Source of the DNA: an uncultured Rhodospirillaceae bacterium
Lineage (GTDB): Bacteria > Pseudomonadota > Alphaproteobacteria > UBA7887
DNA: 64,000 nt
Reading direction: 5' to 3'
Assembly (NCBI GenBank): GCA_964515905.1
Contig: CAZEWK010000097.1
Coordinates: forward strand, 23,241-87,240
Below, piece by piece: positions 60,451 through 64,000 of this stretch. Both the position numbers and the translations under genes were made by a program. Position 1 is the stretch's first letter, and each line of letters starts with the position of its first letter. The notes beneath the pieces are model-generated. The model did no database searches. It was not told the DNA's origin and saw nothing but the letters and a program-made list of their open reading frames with translations.

Positions 60451-62304
60451 TTATGAAAGTTGGTATTCTGGCGTACTCATAATCAAATGAACAAGCATTC
60501 GAAGCGGTTCCTCCAAATAGGTAATTGATGTGGCTAAGTCGTTTGTACCCAATTCATTGTCAAGAAACCATATAAGCCCATCTTGATGCTCCTGAGAAAG
60601 TGGCCTACGCAGCAAACGCTTTTGGAAGTAACGAACTACGTGGGCAGTTGTCTCTAATCCCTCATCGCGAACCATACCCACTAGGTCAATTTCTGCTGGG
60701 ACCCGAGGAATAGGCTTGACTCTCCGCATGGCTTCAACTGTTCCATGATAACCCGCATATCGAGTATTAAACTCTTCGTCTGACAACGCTACCATCATGT
60801 CCGAGCTGGACATCATATTCATATTGTTGTCATCAGCGGCATCGTTATCATCAGCCGCACCAGCGACAGTTGCACTGGTAATATCTTTACCCACATTCAA
60901 CTTCGTTCCCACATCCCTGTATATTTGGGTTAGTGCTCGATCTGGAGAGGCATATTCGAATATTGACGGGAATAAAACCTCTCTGGCAAAGTTCCCACGT
61001 TCAACTAATGTAGCCGGCGTAATCCAACTGCGCCCCCCTTCCCAACCAGCAACGTTTGGTGGATACAATAGCTTTTGCCCGAGGGAAGATGTAGCCTGAT
61101 GAAAATCCGGAACACCAGGCAAAGAGACCACACCAAGTTTTCGATATGTTGATAACACTAACTGGACCGGACTTTTTATCTGGGCACTATACGCGTGAGG
61201 CGCATAGAAATCGCGGGCCACAAACATTGCTTTGAGTAGTGGCCTTAGTTCATACCCACCGTTCCGCAACACGGCCGAGAGCTTATCAAGGCGTTCCTGG
61301 GGAAGCTCCGCAGCAACAAAGTAGCGATAAAGTTTTTCAACAACGAAACGCGCCGTGGAATCATGCTGCATAACAATATCAATAATCTGGGTGCCATCGA
61401 AATTACCCGTCTCACCAAGAAACGTCTTATTCTCCTCGTCGTGTAATTCCGCTTTCACTACAAATTTCAAACTGTCGTTCGTCCAACCAGTGAATGCGCG
61501 AGCCGCCTCACGAATGTCCCCTTCGGAATAATTCCCAATCCCCATCGTGAATAATTCTAGAATCTCCCGCGAAAAATTTTCATTCGGACTTCCTTTGATA
61601 TTTTCCCCTGCATCAAGAAAAACCAGCATCGCCGGGTCCTGCGCCACTGCCAAAACTAAATCGCGAAAATTGCCAGTACCATGTTTTCGGAACAAATCAA
61701 TCTGGCGTGCCATCTTTCGGTAATCTCGCACTTTATCATCTGAAGTCGCAAAATGCCCATGCCAGAACAGAGCTATTTTTTCTTCAAAGGGCCGTTCCGT
61801 CATCAAAATCCGTTGCGCCCAGTACTGCCCTAAACGGTGACTTTCAAGCCGATTTGATCGCAGATAATAAAAATATTTGTTTACAACATGCTGATACGGA
61901 CGGTCTCCCCCCGGCTTTACGGACACTCCCATCGAATGCCCCATGTCCCTTGCCCACTGCACAGCTTCGGCTCGGCTTCTTGGGAAGGGTTCCATGCCAG
62001 GGTCAAATATTCCCGATTCATCAAATTTGGGCACATGACTGTTGTCAATCGTCTCGTAATCTACCAACCAATCTACTGCCTCCTGGGGACTCATATTTGC
62101 TAATCTTTGGATTTGGGCTGGCGTTCCACCAAAACCGAGTCGTTCCAATAGGTGGCCAGCACGCTCATAAGACCAGTCAGACTGAGTAAGTGGCGTAGGA
62201 TCACCCTTCCAATTTTCAGGACCTGCATCAATAGACGCAGCCGATACTATAGAACTTCCCAAAAACGCAGCACTAGCCAACACTACGAGCCAAGGCTTTC
62301 GCAT
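60451..62304 (-). CDS. DUF1800 domain protein, exported
   Basis: Sec signal; HLLERLGFG, FWHGHF, NENFSREILELFTMG, AARAFTGW, PPNVAGW, PEYQL. Confidence 0.9.
   Translation of the reverse strand: MRKPWLVVLASAAFLGSSIVSAASIDAGPENWKGDPTPLTQSDWSYERAGHLLERLGFGGTPAQIQRLANMSPQEAVDWLVDYETIDNSHVPKFDESGIFDPGMEPFPRSRAEAVQWARDMGHSMGVSVKPGGDRPYQHVVNKYFYYLRSNRLESHRLGQYWAQRILMTERPFEEKIALFWHGHFATSDDKVRDYRKMARQIDLFRKHGTGNFRDLVLAVAQDPAMLVFLDAGENIKGSPNENFSREILELFTMGIGNYSEGDIREAARAFTGWTNDSLKFVVKAELHDEENKTFLGETGNFDGTQIIDIVMQHDSTARFVVEKLYRYFVAAELPQERLDKLSAVLRNGGYELRPLLKAMFVARDFYAPHAYSAQIKSPVQLVLSTYRKLGVVSLPGVPDFHQATSSLGQKLLYPPNVAGWEGGRSWITPATLVERGNFAREVLFPSIFEYASPDRALTQIYRDVGTKLNVGKDITSATVAGAADDNDAADDNNMNMMSSSDMMVALSDEEFNTRYAGYHGTVEAMRRVKPIPRVPAEIDLVGMVRDEGLETTAHVVRYFQKRLLRRPLSQEHQDGLIWFLDNELGTNDLATSITYLEEPLRMLVHLIMSTPEYQLS
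60823..60858 (-). repeat. 18-bp tandem duplication inside DUF1800 (AADDND/AADDNN)
   Basis: GCGGCTGATGATAACGAT / GCCGCTGATGACAACAAT, 15/18 identical. Confidence 0.7.
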
Positions 62305-62535
62305 GCCGTCCTCCCAAAAAGAATTACTAATGTGTTCTCTGGTGATTATACACAGATGCGCTGTAGTAACAAAACTTTCGAATTTGACGAACCAAGCCGA
62401 AACTTATACGGCTAGATTGCAAAAGAGGCGACCGAATGTGTATTTTTGGTTATAGAATAGTATTGTCCCTGGTTGGGTCGCCGTTGATTCCCTCATCGAT
62501 ACGGGAATCTACCCTTTCAAAATCGGTGCCACAAA

Positions 62536-64000
62536 ATGGGTGCTAGAGCGTTACTATATCGAAGTTTAGTCGCTGCCATGGTCCTTGTGATTTTTGGCGG
62601 ACAGGCCTGGGCAGATAGAGCAGGTGGCCCTGGGTCTGGAGGAACCCCGCCCCCGAAAGAGAGAGCTGAAAGCCTTATGGACCAGCCTCTTGAAACGCGA
62701 TTGTCAACTGCTCTTGTGGAGCAATTGTTCCCTGGGGCAGATGGAATTGCTAGTGTTGAAGGTGACCCGCCGATTGCAACTGTCAGGGACAACGGCGAAA
62801 CGATTGGTTATCTCTTTTCTACTCACGAGACAGTACGGCCAACCGGTTATGCGGGAGAGTCTTTTGATATTATGGTGGCACTTGGTATCGACGGCAGAAT
62901 AAGAGGCCATCGAATGCTCGAACACCACGAACCACTGATTGGACGTCACAAACTCTCCGGAGACCACCTAGACGAGTTCTTATCAGGACTACACGGCTTA
63001 GATCTCGTCACTGCCCAACGTTATCGGCCCACCAACTACGATGGCGTCTCCCGAGCAACAGTCAGTGCAGAGGCAATGAGAAGAGCAACAACTGCTTCAG
63101 CTATCACCGTGGGCCAACTAAAAGGTCTGATCTCAGAGAACCGAAGCGGTGTGTGGCTGGATCGTTTCAGTTTTACAGAATACACATGGGATGATTTGAT
63201 AAAGGACGGTGCCATTCAAAGCCTTGCCCTAAGCAATGACGATATTCAGATAGCTTTCTCTCAGAATGGATCAGAGTCTGAGTTGAATGCCGAACAAAAT
63301 CCTGAACAAAATTTTACTCTCTATACAGCTCTTGTCACACCACCCTCTATCGGGCGTAATTTGTTCGGCTTTAAGGTTTTTCGACAAATGTCGCGTGATA
63401 TAGAAACCGGAGAATCTCAGTTAATGATTATATCCTCTGGAAAATATCGATGGCTCCCGAAAAACCCCTGGAAAGAGGAAGTTTTTGATCAAATACATAT
63501 TGTACAAAATGGAAATGTCATACAGCTCCTCTCAAAAAACTTTTATGCCGTCTACAGGCTCTGGATAGATGGCAAGCCGGACCTAGATCAGGGCGGCTGG
63601 TTCCGAGTTCCAGCTGATAGCGGCTTTGATCCGACCCAAGAGTGGACGTTGGAACTAAGTATTTCGCCTGAAACTCTGTCCGGCCTTTCTAAACAATCAG
63701 CTTTCTTGTCTATGCCTTATAAAATCCCATCTCACTACATCATGGGTACGACAAGCGCTTTAGAAGATGCGGGTTTAAAGAAAGCCGAATACATTGGAAT
63801 CGGTAATTGGCGGGCAAGCACATTAACAGACTGGCAACGCACCTGGATCGACAAACAATGGTCTATCATGGGGCTAATCGGTCTACTCACAGTGACGTCT
63901 TTAATAATGCTGCTTAACCACCAATTGGCCCGCTCAAGACAGTTACAACGTGCACTTCGCATGCTCGTGCTCAGTATCACGCTTGTGTGGCTTGGTTGGG
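62536..64000 (+). CDS. NosR/NirI-like membrane protein with a periplasmic FMN-binding domain; 3'-truncated and absent from the ORF track
   Basis: Hand translation gives an open frame to the window end: signal peptide (GQAWA), LFPGA, GYLF, GYAG, HHEP, DGVSRAT, PSIGRNL, FDQI-x-x-VQ, FDP, then TM helices (W-x-x-x-W...LVWLGW). Confidence 0.85.
   Translation, partial: MGARALLYRSLVAAMVLVIFGGQAWADRAGGPGSGGTPPPKERAESLMDQPLETRLSTALVEQLFPGADGIASVEGDPPIATVRDNGETIGYLFSTHETVRPTGYAGESFDIMVALGIDGRIRGHRMLEHHEPLIGRHKLSGDHLDEFLSGLHGLDLVTAQRYRPTNYDGVSRATVSAEAMRRATTASAITVGQLKGLISENRSGVWLDRFSFTEYTWDDLIKDGAIQSLALSNDDIQIAFSQNGSESELNAEQNPEQNFTLYTALVTPPSIGRNLFGFKVFRQMSRDIETGESQLMIISSGKYRWLPKNPWKEEVFDQIHIVQNGNVIQLLSKNFYAVYRLWIDGKPDLDQGGWFRVPADSGFDPTQEWTLELSISPETLSGLSKQSAFLSMPYKIPSHYIMGTTSALEDAGLKKAEYIGIGNWRASTLTDWQRTWIDKQWSIMGLIGLLTVTSLIMLLNHQLARSRQLQRALRMLVLSITLVWLGW

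Noticed and set aside
62484-62499. TTGAT...ATCGA as an FNR/DNR box upstream of the NosR-like gene
   Set aside because: The spacer is 6 nt rather than 4 and the second half-site is imperfect.
62517-63980. Short track ORFs at the window end (62517..62792, 62594..62902, 62704..62967, 63735..63980)
   Set aside because: All are shadows of the continuous + strand NosR-like frame starting at 62536.
1-64000. tRNA, rRNA, CRISPR arrays, IS elements, prophage
   Set aside because: Intergenic gaps are all under about 250 bp, and I saw no cloverleaf, repeat-spacer pattern, transposase or phage gene. A tRNAscan/Infernal run would be needed to exclude small RNAs formally.

Overview
This is a gene-dense, mostly core-genome stretch of an alphaproteobacterium. 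Gene content and order suggest a Rhodospirillales-like lineage (inference), and GC looks mid-40s% by eye. I can support about 59 CDSs and saw no rRNA, tRNA, CRISPR array, prophage or IS element. The housekeeping backbone is pyrD, scpA-meaB, rpmB, cobST-dnaJ/bolA, corC-aroBK, xerD-accA, tadA-rluB-rsmD, mutL-pgi, ribF-ileS-lspA, metF, a MoxR-DUF58-vWA operon with the DUF1285-NudL-DUF6111-CCA cluster, lgt-midA-pgeF, hldD, ubiK-proC-TetR and an OmpR/EnvZ-like pair. Small accessory cassettes interrupt it. (i) boxC-boxB (benzoyl-CoA epoxide pathway) with no boxA, divergent from a PaaK-like CoA ligase. (ii) An imelysin plus di-heme (DHOR/IrpB-like) pair behind a 16/19 Fur box; the second gene appears to start at a CTG overlapping the upstream stop. 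(iii) An exported DUF1800-DUF1501 pair divergent from a NosR/NirI-like membrane flavoprotein that the ORF track missed and whose flavinylation motif is atypical (SRAT). (iv) TauD, TPR and esterase singletons. A large exported-protein gene upstream of xerD is split by one in-frame TAG. All family assignments come from motif recognition by eye; no database searches were run.
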